Positions 42,958 to 57,487 are shown, counted from the first letter of the stretch. The stretch: 64,000 bases of DNA from Salpingoeca rosetta (GCA_033442325.1 JAWQFM010000022.1:124001-188000), one strand, 5' to 3'. Translations and numbers: made by a program. The notes: generated from the letters alone by a model not told the origin.

Positions 42958-44133
42958 TCACTTCTTGCGGGTTGGCTGGATGGCAAGGGACCGGAGCATA
43001 TCCGTGGTTGATGGGCGTTTCGACCGGCGTGGATCCGTTGGCGGCCGCTGCGGTGGCATGCGCTCGTTCTGCGCATCAGCCTGCTTTGCATCGTCAAACC
43101 CTTGGATCGCTGCACATGCATGAAGCGTGGCAACAAGTGTACACGCGTGTGCAATTTGTGAGCGATCAAGATCGGTCCGCTAGTCACACGATGTGGCATA
43201 TAGTGTGGCACACGTTGTCCATGCAGCCCTTCTCTTGCACGCCTTGCAGGGTAGCAACAGCAGCAGCAGCTACAGGAACGGCGGCAGCAACAACAGCCGC
43301 AACAACAGCAGCATTACCTTGTTCGACGCCGAGCGGGCCGGCAGAGAGGACGCCCTTGGGCAGGCTGCCGCTTGGGCTCATGCCGCGAAGAATGTCCACG
43401 CTCTCAGACGCTTGCCTGCAAGACACAACGGGGTAACACATGACGCGTGAGTCGTGGCGGTGGGCGTAGTGGTGTGAGGTAAACCGCAACCAGGCGATAC
43501 ACACATGGTGGGGGGGGGCGCGGGAGGCGAATGGAGGCAATGACGAACGAGCGACAACAGACGAACAACACACACACACACATAACCACGCACACACACG
43601 TGCCAATTGCCTCCCTCCCAGTCATCGCGGTTGAGCAAGCAATGGACCTCGATTGAGAAGTAACCGCGGTGGTGGAAAACATGCGGGAGACCTTCCCGAC
43701 GGCCCTGATCTTGTTGCGGATCTTCTCTCGTCGCTTCTCAACATCGTCCTTGTCGCCCATCCCCACACACTGCACACAACACAACACAGCCACACATGAG
43801 CGCGGGCATCACAGCAAGAGACGAGGAAGGAGCAGGGCGTGGACACACACATGAATGCATGTTCACACATACACACACACAACACCAAAACACGGCACGA
43901 CACACACACACACACACACACCCACACTACACACACACACTACACACACACACACACAATGCACACAGACACACAGACACACACAAACACACACATTCGG
44001 CACACCTGTGACGGGGGCCGGGACCTCGAGCAACGTCGGCTCCTCCTTCAAGACTTTTCCCGCCGTAATCAGGATCTGAATGGCGGCCTCCTCCGTCACC
44101 ACACCTGCCCCCAACAGTAGCACCCATCAACGT

Positions 44134-44205
<72 letters not shown>

Positions 44206-44828
44206 CAAGGGAGGAAGGCACACACGAGAAAGCGTAGGGCACGGCGTTGCCCATTAACACGGCAGGTGGGGCCAACTTGTGCCAGTAAATGCATGTGAGG
44301 GCATTCCAACGCAATACACGCGCGCAAGACGCCTCGAAGGGTGCTTTGCGGGGACAAATCACCTTCTTTCCGGAAGTGTTCCCTGAGGACGTCGATGCGT
44401 GGCTTGCCCTTGGCGTCCAGGATCGCATCCACACCAAGCACCTCTGCTGCTGGCGGCTCAACTCCTGTGGATACGAGACAGAGAGTACATCGTGTGAGAA
44501 CAAGATTCTGCCGCGCGCACATGTTGTCCAATGCCCGTGCAAGCTTCAACACATGTACACATATGCAAACGCGTGTCCGTGCACACAAGCACACACATAG
44601 ACACATAACGACACATGACACACACACACACAAACCCACACACACACAAACCCACACACACACACACACACACACACATCACGACACACACACACACATC
44701 ACGACACACACACACACACACACACATACACACACACACACATCACGACACATACCTGCTGGACGGCGGTGCCGCTTTGGCTTGGCAACGGTCGATGACC
44801 TCTTCTTTGTCGATGCGGTGCTGCTCAT
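42958..44828 (-). pseudogene. Calcineurin A (PPP3C)-like gene lacking the phosphatase core (internal deletion with frameshift, or mis-assembly)
   Basis: Exons 44828-44756, 44464-44363 and 44104-44006 splice to KPRIDVLREHFRKEG...EEPTLLEVPAPVT|VCGD (ends 43759). Immediately after, in another frame, comes RREKIRNKIRAVGKVSRMFS, then QASESVDILRGMSPSGSLPKGVLSAG and AIQGFDDAKQADAQNERMPP. GDIHG, GDYVDRG and GNHE are not present. Confidence 0.7.
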
Positions 44829-45948
44829 GGTGTGTGATCTGTGTTGCGTTGGGGCGCGGGTGGGTGGCACGTCGTCGAGGACGAAGCACGGAGTGGAGGT
44901 GCTTCAAGTCGCAAACTCTTCGCTGCCACAGTATCTGGCCGCTGGTGGGCAGTTTCCTCCTGTGGCACGTTCTGTCGCAAACGCACGCGTGCGCCAGGGA
45001 AACAAGGAAGCACGACGGCGCAAACAGGGCAGGAGGCGAGGGTGGAGGTGAAAATGAGCTCAAGCATGAACGAAAAGACGAGGCAGAAAGGGAAGAACGG
45101 GAAGAAAGGAAGAGCACCCACTCCACATGCGCGCGCGCGTGTGCGTAATCGATGGGAGTGTGTGCGCGGGTGTGTTGTGGAATGATGCTGGTGCTGATGG
45201 TGGTCGTCTCCTTGCGTACGCGACTCTCGCTTGCTGGCTCACGGCACGCGTACCTCATCATTCCTCTCTCCACAACCACACCCACATAGGCACGTCTCTC
45301 CTCCGTTCCAGTTCTGCTGTTCTTCCTCACTCGACCGCTCGCTCGCTCGCTCGCTCGCCTGCTGGTCGGTCGCCCTCGCAACCAACCAGGTGAAGATCGA
45401 TCTTTCAAGAAGGGACTGACAACCCCTTTGCTTGTTGCTGCTGCGACGAAATAAACACACACGCACACGCGCACAAGCACGCACAACACCCGTCAACGCA
45501 AGCAAACGCAACAGACAACACGTCAGGCCAGACCGAACCAAATGCCCCCCAACTCCGCCTTCGCTTCTTCCCCTGAACGCGTGAATGCGATTGGGTGCTG
45601 TGCGCGTGGTGGTCAGGTTGTGTGTGCTTGTCTCGTCTGTCTATCTCCTCGCTATCACAACCCATCGCACAACCCTCAACCGTCCATCACCAACCCACCA
45701 AAAACCCACCTTCGCTTCGTTCGCTTTCCGCCTTTGTTGCCTTCGCTGCTGCCTGACGGGAAATATAGTGTGGAAATCTGCCCGAATTTTATGCGGATGA
45801 CGTGACCGATGACAACAGCAGCGATGAGCGTGATGAAGATGGATTGCGTTTGGCGTGTTTCGTGCCGGCTCGTGTTGGCCTGTGCCCCTCTTTGTTGCTT
45901 GTTGCTTGTGTCTTGGCTTGGCTTGGCTGCTTGGTTAGTTTGGCTGCT

Positions 45949-46116
45949 TCACTGCCGCGCTGGTGGTGGTGCAAGGCAGTGCCGGAGGCGGCAGCATAGT
46001 TTGTCCTTGTTTTTCTGATGATCGCGTGGTGTGTGCATGCGTGAGTGTGTTAGTATGTGAGTATGTGTGTGTGAGTGTGTGTGCGTGTGTGAGTATGTGT
46101 GTGTGTGTGTGAGTTT

Positions 46117-46147
<31 letters not shown>

Positions 46148-46647
46148 GGTGGAGATGGATGGTTCTGTGGCAAAGACCCCCAACACATGCAAGGCAGCCC
46201 CACCGCACCTGAAAGAAAGTGAGCATCTGGCGCAAGGAGCCAAACACTCGGCCGTGTTCGTTCACGAAGGCCAAGTCCTTGTTGAGGGAAAACTGGTTTG
46301 GAACAAGCACCACGCGAGGAAAGTGAGTATACAGCTGGTGAGGAAGGGCAATAATGTAGTGACACAGAAAGAGAAACAATGCAACCAACCAAACTTCAAC
46401 CACACACACACACACACACACACACATCCACACACACACACAACCACGCACGCACACACACACACACATCGGAGCCAAACACATGCACACACCTCGTAGT
46501 GGCGCGTTGAGCCCTGGTAGAGGACAGATACAACAATGGTGTACCGCTTCTTCAGGCTGCTCCGCAACAAATATGTTCCTGTAAGGACAGCGTATTCGCA
46601 TGCGAACGAAGCGTACGTGTATGTGTGTGTGTGTGTGTGAGATGTGT

Positions 46648-46698
<51 letters not shown>

Positions 46699-47028
46699 AG
46701 TGTGTGTGCGAGTTGTGTGCTTGTTCCCACCTTTTACACACGTGTTACACACACACACACACACACGCACACGCACACACATGTTTTCGCTGACTCTGCC
46801 ACGCACCGTCGGTGTCTAGCGAAGCGTTGTGTTGGTGAAAGTATCCTTTGAGAAGGGCAGAGGCCATGCGGCGGGTCGTGCAGTGGTGCACGAAACGAGC
46901 AAACGACGCATCGCTCACGTGCAACACAAGTGGACCTGGCACACGCGCACACATGTTGCGTGCTGTGTGAGCATGATCGAGAAGACCAAACCACCAAGCG
47001 ACAGACCAAAGGCACAGCCCACCGAGCT

Positions 47029-47062
<34 letters not shown>

Positions 47063-48759
47063 AAACAGACACAGGCACACACGCAGACACACAGAGACAA
47101 ACACACACAGAGACACAGGCACAGACACACACGGACACAGGCACAAACACAGACACAACACACACACACACACAGACGCATGCACACACCACAGGTAACT
47201 GCGCCACGCTTGAGCCATGCGTCCTCCTCCGCGGCCGTGAGGGGCCCGCGGGTGTCCCTCTTCGACACGCCAGAGGGTCCATATGCAGGCGGTTGTAACA
47301 CCGCTGCCGACGACGATGCAGACAACGGCGATGATGGCGGAGACGCAACGGCCACGCTGGCAAAGGGCGTGGTTGGAACAACAGGCAGCGGCCGCAGCCC
47401 AGCAGCCTCGCGCTGGGGAAGGTCGGGGTGCACAAGGCGATCGAGGTGTGCTGGCTGCCCGTGATTGGGATGGCTGGCATGTGGCGTGGGAGATGAGGGC
47501 AGGTGGCGAGGCTGTGATGACAGCGACGAGGATGATGCGGAGGAGGGGAGCGGCATGGGCTCGCGCGGTTTCCGCTGGTGCGGGTGTGTTGATGACGGAG
47601 AGGGGTTCACAGCGTTCGGTGGATCAACAACACCAGCAGGTGGCGGTTGTGTGCTCACTGGTTCGGCTGCGTCGCGGGGTGGCAGCGCTGGTACACCTGG
47701 TGTTGTGACATCCGTGACAGCTGTGACAGCGGCTTGGCTGCCTGTGTGGTCGGCCGCAGGCTTGCCTTGAGCAGCAGGCGACGGCGATGGCACCGGTGGC
47801 CGTGGTGGCGCGTCTTCGTGCTTCTTCGGTGGCAGTGGAGGGCACGTGATTGTCCAGTCACATCGGGTTGCCGCTGCACGTGATGGCACGGCTGGCTTTG
47901 GCGCAGCAGTTCGTCTTGCGTTGCTGTTGCTGCTACTGGCGTGGCTGTTGTTGGCCTTGTTGATGCCGTTGTTATTGATGATGCTCACGCTGCCGATGCT
48001 GTGGCTGGACACCTGCTGTTCGTTGATGGCGGCATAGAGATGCTGGCTGCCGTCATCGGCGGTCGCGTCGGTGGTCGTGCCAGGCGCTGGTTTCTGCTCA
48101 TGCACGGCATAGTACAGGTGCTGTTCGCTGTTCTCGGATGCCATGCGGTCGAGGCTGGTGTCTGCTGTGGGCGACCAGTTCATGGAGGCCGGTGGGGTCG
48201 CAGCCACGTTGGTGGTGGACCCCGCCGGCTTCGTCAGGGCCGCGTGTGCGGTTGCGGGCGTGGGTGGGTGTTCAGGGACTGCTTCATCCAGCCGATCGTA
48301 GTTGTGTGTGGGTTCGTCACGCACGTGGTGTGGTGGCAAGTGATCGTAGCCGGACGTGGACCTCCTCTGCACTGCTTTCCCCTGGTGTGGTTTCTGTTGT
48401 GGTTGCTGCTGTTCTTGTTGTTGGTGTGGTTGTTGGTGTGATTGTTGTTGTTGTGGGTGTCGTTGCTGCTGTTGTTGGGCTGCCTGTCTTTGATTGTATT
48501 CGCGCGTGAGATCCTCGATGGTCAGGGTGCTCATGTGAGACAGGACAGCCTTGACCGCTTGTGCATCCTCGTACTTCTTCTCAAGCTTTTCATAGTCCTC
48601 GGGCGTCAGCCATGCGTCATAGATATGGTCCGAAAAGTCATCACGCACCTGCACCACCGGAGGCGGAGAAGCGCTCCTTGGCTGGCCCTGCTCGTTTGAC
48701 TCTCCATTCAACAACGCCATGCTTTTCCCTCCCCTCTCACGGCTCAACACATCACTCAT
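45949..48759 (-). CDS. Tyrosine-motif/proline-rich adaptor with a C-terminal SH2 domain, multi-exon
   Basis: The large first exon has Tyr motifs (IYDAW, DYEKL, GYDHL, NYDRL, LYYAV, LYAAI) and PxxP motifs (PPLPPKK, PPRPPVP, PALPPR). SH2 elements: AWLKRGAVT, ASALLKG, GTYLLRSS...VVSVLYQGSTRHYE and FGSLRQMLTFFQ|KNKDKLCCRLRHC. Confidence 0.75.
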
Positions 48760-48947
48760 GATCAACAGGATCAACGGGTGTTGTGTGTGTTTGGCGTGAG
48801 TTGTTGTGTGCGTGTGTGCTGATGTGTTGTTGTGCCCCTCGCTCGCCCGCCCGCAAAATCGTCATCCAAAAACATTGAAGCGACACCAAAAACAGTAGTA
48901 GCACACATCAAAACGAAAGCGGAACGGCGGCCAGCAGCCAACCACCA

Positions 48948-50336
48948 ATGCCACCCATCCGACGACAACCGTGAGTGCTGCCTGCTGTTGACACTGCCTG
49001 CTGTTGATGCTGCCTGCGTGCAATGCCATGCATGATCCCCCACCTAATCTTGATTCCACACCTCATCGTTGCCTGCTAGGTATGAGGTCCTCTTGGATGG
49101 TGAGGTAGAGGAGACCGCAAAGGCTGCAAAAGCATGCTCCGGTGCGTTCATGTGTGTGTGAATGTGTGTGAATGTGTGTGTGTGTGTGTTTGTATGTGTG
49201 TGTGAGCACCAGTGTCCATCTCTCTCTCTCTCACTTGCTGTGTCACACACACACACACACACTCACACACGCACACATACGCACTCGCACTCACTCACAC
49301 ACACGCACACTCACATACACACTCTCTCCCTCCTTCCATCCGCTACCCCCCTCATGCCTCTCTCATGTCTTTCTGTTCATCGCCAACCACCACCAATGAC
49401 AGCGGATCGGTTGCTGAGCAACAATGGCGTGCTGAAGGTGACGACGCGGTGGCTGCGGTTCTTTGCCACCGTGTTTACGTGGCCCAGCACGTCGCAGGAC
49501 TGCCGTCCCGATACACAAGAAGAGGTGGCAGTGCATCCGCTCTACCGGCGGGAGCTCTCAGCCGTGTATGAGCTGTGCCACCTCGTGCCCGTGGTCCACA
49601 TTGACGGCAAGGGCGACGAAGACGAGCCGCCCACCACCATGGACATCTCCCTCTTTCAGTCCGTAAGGGTGCTTCGCCTGTGCCACGTTGAGCTGCGGCT
49701 CGTGCACGGTCTCCACGCTGTCAAAGACCAGCTGCAGCAGCTCGTGCTGTATCGGTGCGTGGACCCCATCGACGCCGTGCTCGTCTCCTTTGGCGCAGAC
49801 CGCCTGCCCTTTGCCACCGTCACCCCGGCCAGCGTGCTTGCAACGCCAGCCAAGCAAGCCGGCACCGCCGATGCTGCAGGCGCCGAGACACCAAACACGG
49901 CGCTTCGTGACAGCTCGGCAGTACAAGGCAGCGTGGCGCGCAGTCGCGATACGGCCATTACCCCTCCCGATGGCCTGGCTGATGGCGGTGATGGTGGCGG
50001 GTTTGGCGCAGACGAGGTGTGGCCGGCGCTGCACATCTTGGACGCGGCCTGCAACGAGCTGCACGAGATCTCGCGGTCCATTGCGCGCGCGCCCAACGTG
50101 CACACGCTTGTGCTCAGCAGCAACAAGATTGCTGCGCTGGCCATTGAGCTGGCGCGGCTGCAGAGTCTGCACACCCTCTCCCTCGGGTACAACCACATCA
50201 CCTCCGTTGCTGTCGTCCGTGACATTGCGGCACAACACGGTATGCAAGCAGCACTGTTTGTATGTGAACTTGGCGTGATCAGCACGCATGCTGGGGTGCT
50301 CCTTTTGATGCATGTTTGTGGTGTGTGCGTGTGTGT

Positions 50337-50387
<51 letters not shown>

Positions 50388-53300
50388 CGTGTGTGCCATG
50401 GCATGCACTCTCTCCGTGTTCACATAACGCAACTTCTTCCTCCATGGTTTTATCAGGGCTGCAGAAGCTGACCCACCTCACCCTCTGCTTCAACCAGATC
50501 AAGTCCTTGGACGGCCTTCAGTTCCTCTCGTACGCGTGTTTGTATACTTGTATGCTTGTGGGTGTCTGTTGATGTGTGTGCTTGTGTGCTAGTGTGCTTG
50601 TGTGTATGCACTTGCGCCGGTGTACACGCGTGTGTATGCGTCAGCGTGTGTACGCAGCACCATGTCTCTGCCCGACCTGTTCTCACGCGCGTCGTCGCTC
50701 TCTGCAAACGCACACGCTGCCAGTAACTTGACCGTGCTGAATGTTGCCCACAACCGCATTTCGGATCTTCGCGAGATTGACGCGTTCCTGGTGCCCCTGC
50801 CCTTCCTCCGCGAATTGGACCTTCGGGGAAACACCGTCGTGATGCAATCCGATGTGCACCCGCTCATCTTCGCTCTCTTTGGCCGCGACAGATGGCGCTC
50901 CTTTGTTCTCAACGACATCACCGCCAGGGTGCGACTGATGCTTGTGTGTGTGTGTGTGAGTGTTTTGTGTGTGTGTGTGTGTGTGTTGTATGTACACTTG
51001 TTTAAACAGTGTTCAAACACCGTTGCTTTGTGTGCCACTCCTGACCGTTGACTGATGCCCTCAACCCCCCCCCCCCATCCCCCAATTGCACCGCACGCAC
51101 AGGACCTGACGAATGTGCAACTTGTGCACTACTTCCTGAAGGAATTCGAAAATCCGCACGGTGAGTGCTGGCATCGTCCATGCGTGCTTGACCGTCTACG
51201 TGCGTGTGCGTACATGTCCTTCAAGCTGCCAACTGTGTCACTAACCCACCCACCCACTGACACTATCATACACACACACATACACACAGTGCGTGCGTCT
51301 GTGTTGGCTCCTCGGCACGGCGCGCTTGATACGGGCGCAAAGAACACGGCGGCACACCTGCAGGCACTTGACCCGACACGCGTGCAGGACGTGGATGTGC
51401 TGCGCGTGGCGCAATCAGAACGCACACCGGTGCAGGAGGACCTTCAAGGCGTAGAGGGACAGGCGTCGCCGCACACCGCAAAGCTCAAGGCGAAGAAGAC
51501 CAAAACCAAGTCGAAGAAGAAGAAAAAGAAGAAAAAGAAGAAGGCAGCTGCAGCAACAGCTGTCGTGGTCGGCGATGAGGCAGTCGAAGCCAACAACAAC
51601 AACGACGCCAACATCATTGGTGGTGGTGGTGGTGATGTTGACGGTAGAGAGAGGGAGCGAGCTGGGCAATCACAGCCTGGCAATGGCAATAATCAGCGGT
51701 AAGAGGACGTTGCGCTTGATGGGCACACATGTGCGCATACATCAATGTTGTGTCGTCAGTACTTGCGCCTGCTTCGCCGCTGCCGTTATGCCTCATGTCA
51801 CCCTCACAACTGCGTGTGCATGTGTATGTGTGTACATATATACGTGTATGTGTGTACATGTGTGTGTGTGTGTGTGTGTGTGTCCGTCAGTGGCGATGCG
51901 ACGGCGTTCTACGCGAATCTGCAGGAGATGGAGGACGCGCCGCTGGTGCTGCGGATGAAGAGCGAGGAGGCTGCCAACGAAACGCAACCACAGCACGTGC
52001 ATGATGGTGATGGTGGTGGTGGTGATGGACAACAACAACAACAACAACAACAACAACACGAGCGCCCTGGACGTCAATCAGAGGCGTCTCTGCCACATGA
52101 ATTTCCACCACATCTGCAGCATGAACAGCAGGATGCAGCAAGCCCCCGACTTGCTCGAATGTCGGCTGTACGTGCAAGCATGGACGACGACAACAGCGCA
52201 CACACTCGACAGGATGGCTTCTCATCCCCTGCAACGGCCACTACGCATGCTGCTCACCACTCCCCCACCGCCATCACCACCACCGCCGCCACCGCTTTGC
52301 CTGCACACGACCTGCACGGTCGCTCCACTGTACTGCTGTCACCTCCAAAGGCGAGACATCAAAGTCATGACGAAGGCGCAGCTGTGCCTGCACCAGCAGT
52401 GCATTCGAGAGCCCATGAACTCACGCACAGCGAGCAACAACCACAGCAACACCAGCAACACCAACAACACGTGTATCATCATCAGCCACAACAGCACCGC
52501 AGTGATGGTGGTGATGGCGATCAAGACATTCCACGCGCTCGTGGGGCGCGTGTGAAGAAGAAACTGTTTGCGACGATGGACAGTGGTGATGGCAGTCACG
52601 CTGATCTTGGCATCAGGCGGGTTGCTGATGCTGGTGTTGACGTTGATGGCGACGTTGGTGGTGGTGGTGGTGCCGATGCTGACATTAATGATGGTGATGG
52701 TGGTGGTGGTGGTGGGTTTGGAGATGAGCGCGATGACGACTTTGTGTTCCCTGGGCAGACATTGCTCTTCAGCCCAGGCCGCAGGCAGCAGCAGCAGCAG
52801 CACACTTCATCACGCGGTCCAAGCCCAGGGAAGCGACCATCAGCTGTGGCAACAGCAGCAACAACAACAGCAGCAGCAACGGAAACATCCACAGCAGCAT
52901 CCACAGCGGCATCAACAGCAGCGAGTGCAGTAGAAAGCCCCAACAAGAACCCCAAGTCGCCGCAGCGCGGTGACTCAAGCGCCAGTGATACTCACGTGCC
53001 CACCACAGCTGCTGTTGATGACAGCGATGTGATTGACAGCAACGCGACAGACCTGCTTGACCTCGTTGAACAGAATGCGCAGTTGTTCTCGGTACCCGGC
53101 CACCACCACAGCTTCACTCGGCGGTGCGTGCACAACACATGTCCGACCGGTGATGGCGATGGCGATGATGATGACCACGATGTGCTGGGTGGGTTTTATC
53201 TCGTCAATCTTATTCTCACCTCTGGACGACGTGAGCCCGTTGATGTGGAGGTGAGAACATGCGTGCTCTCCCTGCTCACGCTGGTGATGGCGTGTCGCCA

Positions 53301-54059
53301 GCGGAAGTGCTGCGTTGTGCGCTGTGCATTGCCCTGTTGCGCTGCTGATTCTCGCACGTGCACCCTGTGCGCATCTGCACCCTTCTGAATGGCTGCCCGT
53401 CTCTATCTGGCTGTCTGGCCTTCTGTTCGTGTCCCTCATTCACCCAACACATTCCACGCGCGTGTATTGTCTTTGGTTTGTCATCGCACATCACGCAACT
53501 ACCCAACCTCTGGACTGCATCACAGGTGACACGGGAGCATCTTGTGAGCCGACGTGAGAACGGCAGCACGCACACGCTTTCCCTTCTCGATCTCACTGCT
53601 GTTGATCGGCAGGAAGACGATGAGGTGGGCATGCAACACTTGCACTTGCGCTGCTTCTGGTGCTTGTGTTGCTCGTTGATGGCGTGAGACAGGCAGTGTG
53701 CGATGTGTCACGACAATGAGTGCAGGGCTTGTGCGGGCGTGTCCCAGCCCCCCTTCTCCCTTCATCATCGACCCACTGGTTCAACCTCATGATTGGCATC
53801 ATCATCATCACCATCATCGTCATCAGGCGGATGAGCTGCAGATTGTGCTGCGTTTCGTTCTTGCAGACGGACAGCCGCGGGTGCTCAAGTTTGGTGTTGA
53901 CCGTACAAGTGATGACGACGTCGACATGTTCGAACAGCTCTTCACATCGTGAGTCGGGCGTGCGCCTGTGTGTGCATGTGTGCGTCTGTGTATGTGTGCG
54001 TCTGTGTGCATGTGTGTGCGCGCGTGAGCGTTCGTCTCTCTCTGTCTCTCTCTCGGTGC

Positions 54060-54131
<72 letters not shown>

Positions 54132-54753
54132 ACGAAGTGAGCCATTTGTGTTCACTCACGTTTCATCCCACGTGACTGTCCCTGTCACTCCCTCCTTCCT
54201 TCTCCCTCAGCCTCAATCGTGTCGCAATACGAAACGCGGACAATCGCGGAAAACCCCCAGCACCATCCACGCCGATGAAGTGCGTTAAGGCCAAATGCTC
54301 ATATGCATATGTACGCACGCATGCACGCATACACGCATACGCGCACACAAATGCGCGCGCAAACACACACACACACACACATGCACACACGTGCACATCC
54401 CCCGCTTCACACAACCGCTCACGCCCTGCCCCTCATTGCATGCCGCAGGTCGTCGCAGTCGCCAAGCAAAGACGGACGCACATCAGCACGAACACTAGCG
54501 GCAGCAACAGGGGTCGCGTCTGGTGTTGATGACACGCACACGTCCGAGGGGGCGTTGTCCGGTGGGATTGATGCAAGCAAAACGCACTTGAGTGTCAATG
54601 AGTATGAACGGCACGTGCGAACCATTGGGGAGGACACCGTCTCACCGATGGTCGTATCAGAGACAGAGGTCAGCTCATGGCGCATACATGCGGCTATTGG
54701 AGGGGGAGGGGTGGCATGTGTGTATGTGTGTGTGCGTGTGTGTGTGTGCGTGC

Positions 54754-54784
<31 letters not shown>

Positions 54785-54939
54785 ACACGTGTGACCATGT
54801 TGGTGTGATGTCGTGTGCACAGGCGCTGCTGTCTGCCACGTATTACGAAGAAGAGAACCAGCGGACACGGTTCATCGTCCCCTGTCGCTTCATCGCGCGA
54901 GCAGGTGAAAACACGGTGCTCGTGCTTGTGTATATACAA

Positions 54940-55015
<76 letters not shown>

Positions 55016-55037
55016 ATGTGTGTGTGCGTGCGTGTGT

Positions 55038-55072
<35 letters not shown>

Positions 55073-55077
55073 CGTAC

Positions 55078-55148
<71 letters not shown>

Positions 55149-56153
55149 CGTACTTGTGTCTCAGCACGTGCTTGAGTGCATGTGTTACATTCGCATCACA
55201 TCTGCCCCAATACGATGTTCCACTCGAACCGCAGTTGACATTGTGTCCGTTGTGTTTGGTCCTCTGCAGCATCGGGCCGTGAGGTGGACACGGAGGCAAG
55301 CGACCCGCATGTCACAGACAGGGTGTTGCCTGGCGTGTTCATCCTCACCCAGGGGCACGTTTCTGTTGTTGAGACGCGTGATGCTGATGTTCGCACATCA
55401 CCGGTCGATGACAGAACGGATGAGCCACCCCCTCTCTTTGTTGCCGCACACAGCTACTCACACATCCGGTACGAGGAGGCAACGTGTGTGCGTGTGCGTG
55501 TGTATGCGTGCGTACGTGCGTGCGTGTGTATGCGTACGCGCGTGTGCGTGTGATTGTACCATGCCCTCATACTCTTGCGATCTTCCACCTCTGCCGTTAC
55601 GCGTGTGCCCACACGCTCGTTGGCTGCAGGCGCGTGAGTCTTGGCTACCTGCACCAGACCATGTCCTTCACCACCACCGACCAGCACCACCTCCACGTCA
55701 TGTTCCACTCCGCTGATACGGCGCGCCGCGCGCTCCGGTGCGCTTTGCTTCCGTTTGCTTGTTTGTTTGTTTGCTTGCTTCTATGTGGCAACTGCCTGTG
55801 CTGTCGTCTGACGTGACTGTTTTCCTCTCTGCCACTTGATCCCCTTGACCACCGCTCACATCTTATCTCACGTTCGCGTGTGTGATTGCTCCTGCATCAG
55901 CGTGGTCGTCAACACGCGTCGCACACAGTCCATCTCCGCCGAGGTGCCGTCCTCTATATTTTCGTTGCCTCTGTTGTTGTTGTTTAAGTTGTTGTTGTTG
56001 TTGTTTAAGTTTTTGTTGTTGTTGTTGTTGTTGTTGTTGTTTCAGTTGTTGTTGTTGTTGTTGTTGTTGTTTAAGTTGTTGTTTAAGTTGTTGTTGTTGT
56101 TGTTTAAGTTGTTGTTGTTGTTGTTGTTTAAGTTGTTGTTGTTGTTGTTTAAG

Positions 56154-56193
<40 letters not shown>

Positions 56194-56436
56194 AGTTGTT
56201 GTTATTGTTGTTGGCTGCTGCTCGCTCCATGCTGCTTGCTTGGTGTTGTGTCTGAGTCTATTCATTCGCCATGATGGTCAACATCTCACCACATAAGTTC
56301 GAAAACCGCTCGCGTTGAGTACAGGTGCTCCATCCTGATCTTGTCGATCCCATCGCTGCAAAACTCAACATCGACACGCGGGCGCTGGCCGGCATGGTCA
56401 CGCGCGTCCCGCACCTGCAGCAGCTCATCGAGGTAC

Positions 56437-56498
<62 letters not shown>

Positions 56499-57487
56499 TT
56501 GATGTTGATGATGATGATGATGATGATGATGAGGAGGAGGAGGAGGAGGAGGAGGAGGAGGAGGAGGAGGAGGAGGACTTATCGCTGAGTGGTGATTTGT
56601 TGCATTGTGTTGGTGATCGTGATTGTGCGTTCTTTGCTGATTGCACCTCGTTCTTCTGGAAAGTGGGTCAATAGTGTTGTGTCTCACGCACCACCACGAT
56701 TCAAATTACACCACACCGCGATGGTTTCCAGAATGAGCCGTCACTGCCGTGGCGGATGTATGTGCTGAAATCGCTCGGAAAAGGCAACGACATGCGGGAT
56801 GTAAGGCGGCAGGTCCTCCTCGCCGTCATCCACACTGCACATGATGAAACAAAGATCGACTTCTTGCGTCAGATCGCCGCAGACACAACGCGGGTACGAA
56901 TGTTTGTTTGTTTGTTTGTTTGTTTGTTTGTTTGTGGTTTGTGTGTGCGTGTGTGTGCGTACGTGCTTGTTCACATTTCATTGGGGTGGAGTTTTGTCGC
57001 TTGAATAGCCCTTATGAACAACGCCACTCACGCAAGACGACTCTCGCGTACAGGTGGATGTGCTACATCCCTTGGATTTGGAGATAACGCAAGTGTCTGT
57101 GGACAGAACATCCATGCTTCGGTTCACGCTCATCCAGCAAGACGAAGACGACGAAACAAAGAGTATGTCCTTGGGTTGCTCTTGTCTCAATGTCACACAC
57201 ACGCACGCACAACATAACACACACACACACACAACACGAACGAACGCACGCACGCACACATACACGATTCCTCACAAACACACGTTCGGAAGCACCTCGC
57301 TCACCTTGTCCCTCCCCTCCCCCAAATCACCACGTCCTTCTCCACCACCGCCTTGCGCGTGTCAGAGCGCGAGACAGTCACGTGCGAGTTCTTCTCGTCC
57401 TCGGACGCGATTGATTTCAGCCGCCGCCTCAACGCCGCCCACCGCACCCTCTTTGATGTCGACATTCAACTCAACCTCACGCCTTAG
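48948..57487 (+). CDS. STK11IP: STK11/LKB1-interacting protein (STK11IP)/nischarin-like LRR protein, multi-exon
   Basis: [15 protein letters not shown]...[38 protein letters not shown]...FGAD...[14 protein letters not shown] follows the STK11IP N-terminal and LRR layout. A Lys-rich stretch, a low-complexity middle and many short C-terminal exons follow, ending QLNLTP* at 57487. Exon details are approximate. Confidence 0.65.
54943..55145. repeat. Compound (TA)n/(GT)n intronic microsatellite
   Basis: Directly visible. Confidence 0.9.
55972..56577. repeat. Intronic trinucleotide repeats: interrupted (GTT)n ~55972-56212 and (GAT)n(GAG)n ~56437-56577
   Basis: Directly visible; they flank a short STK11IP-like exon. 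Confidence 0.9.

Noticed and set aside
55836-56687. Poly-L, poly-C, poly-M/R and poly-H ORFs
   Set aside because: Trinucleotide repeats in introns flanking a real STK11IP-like exon.
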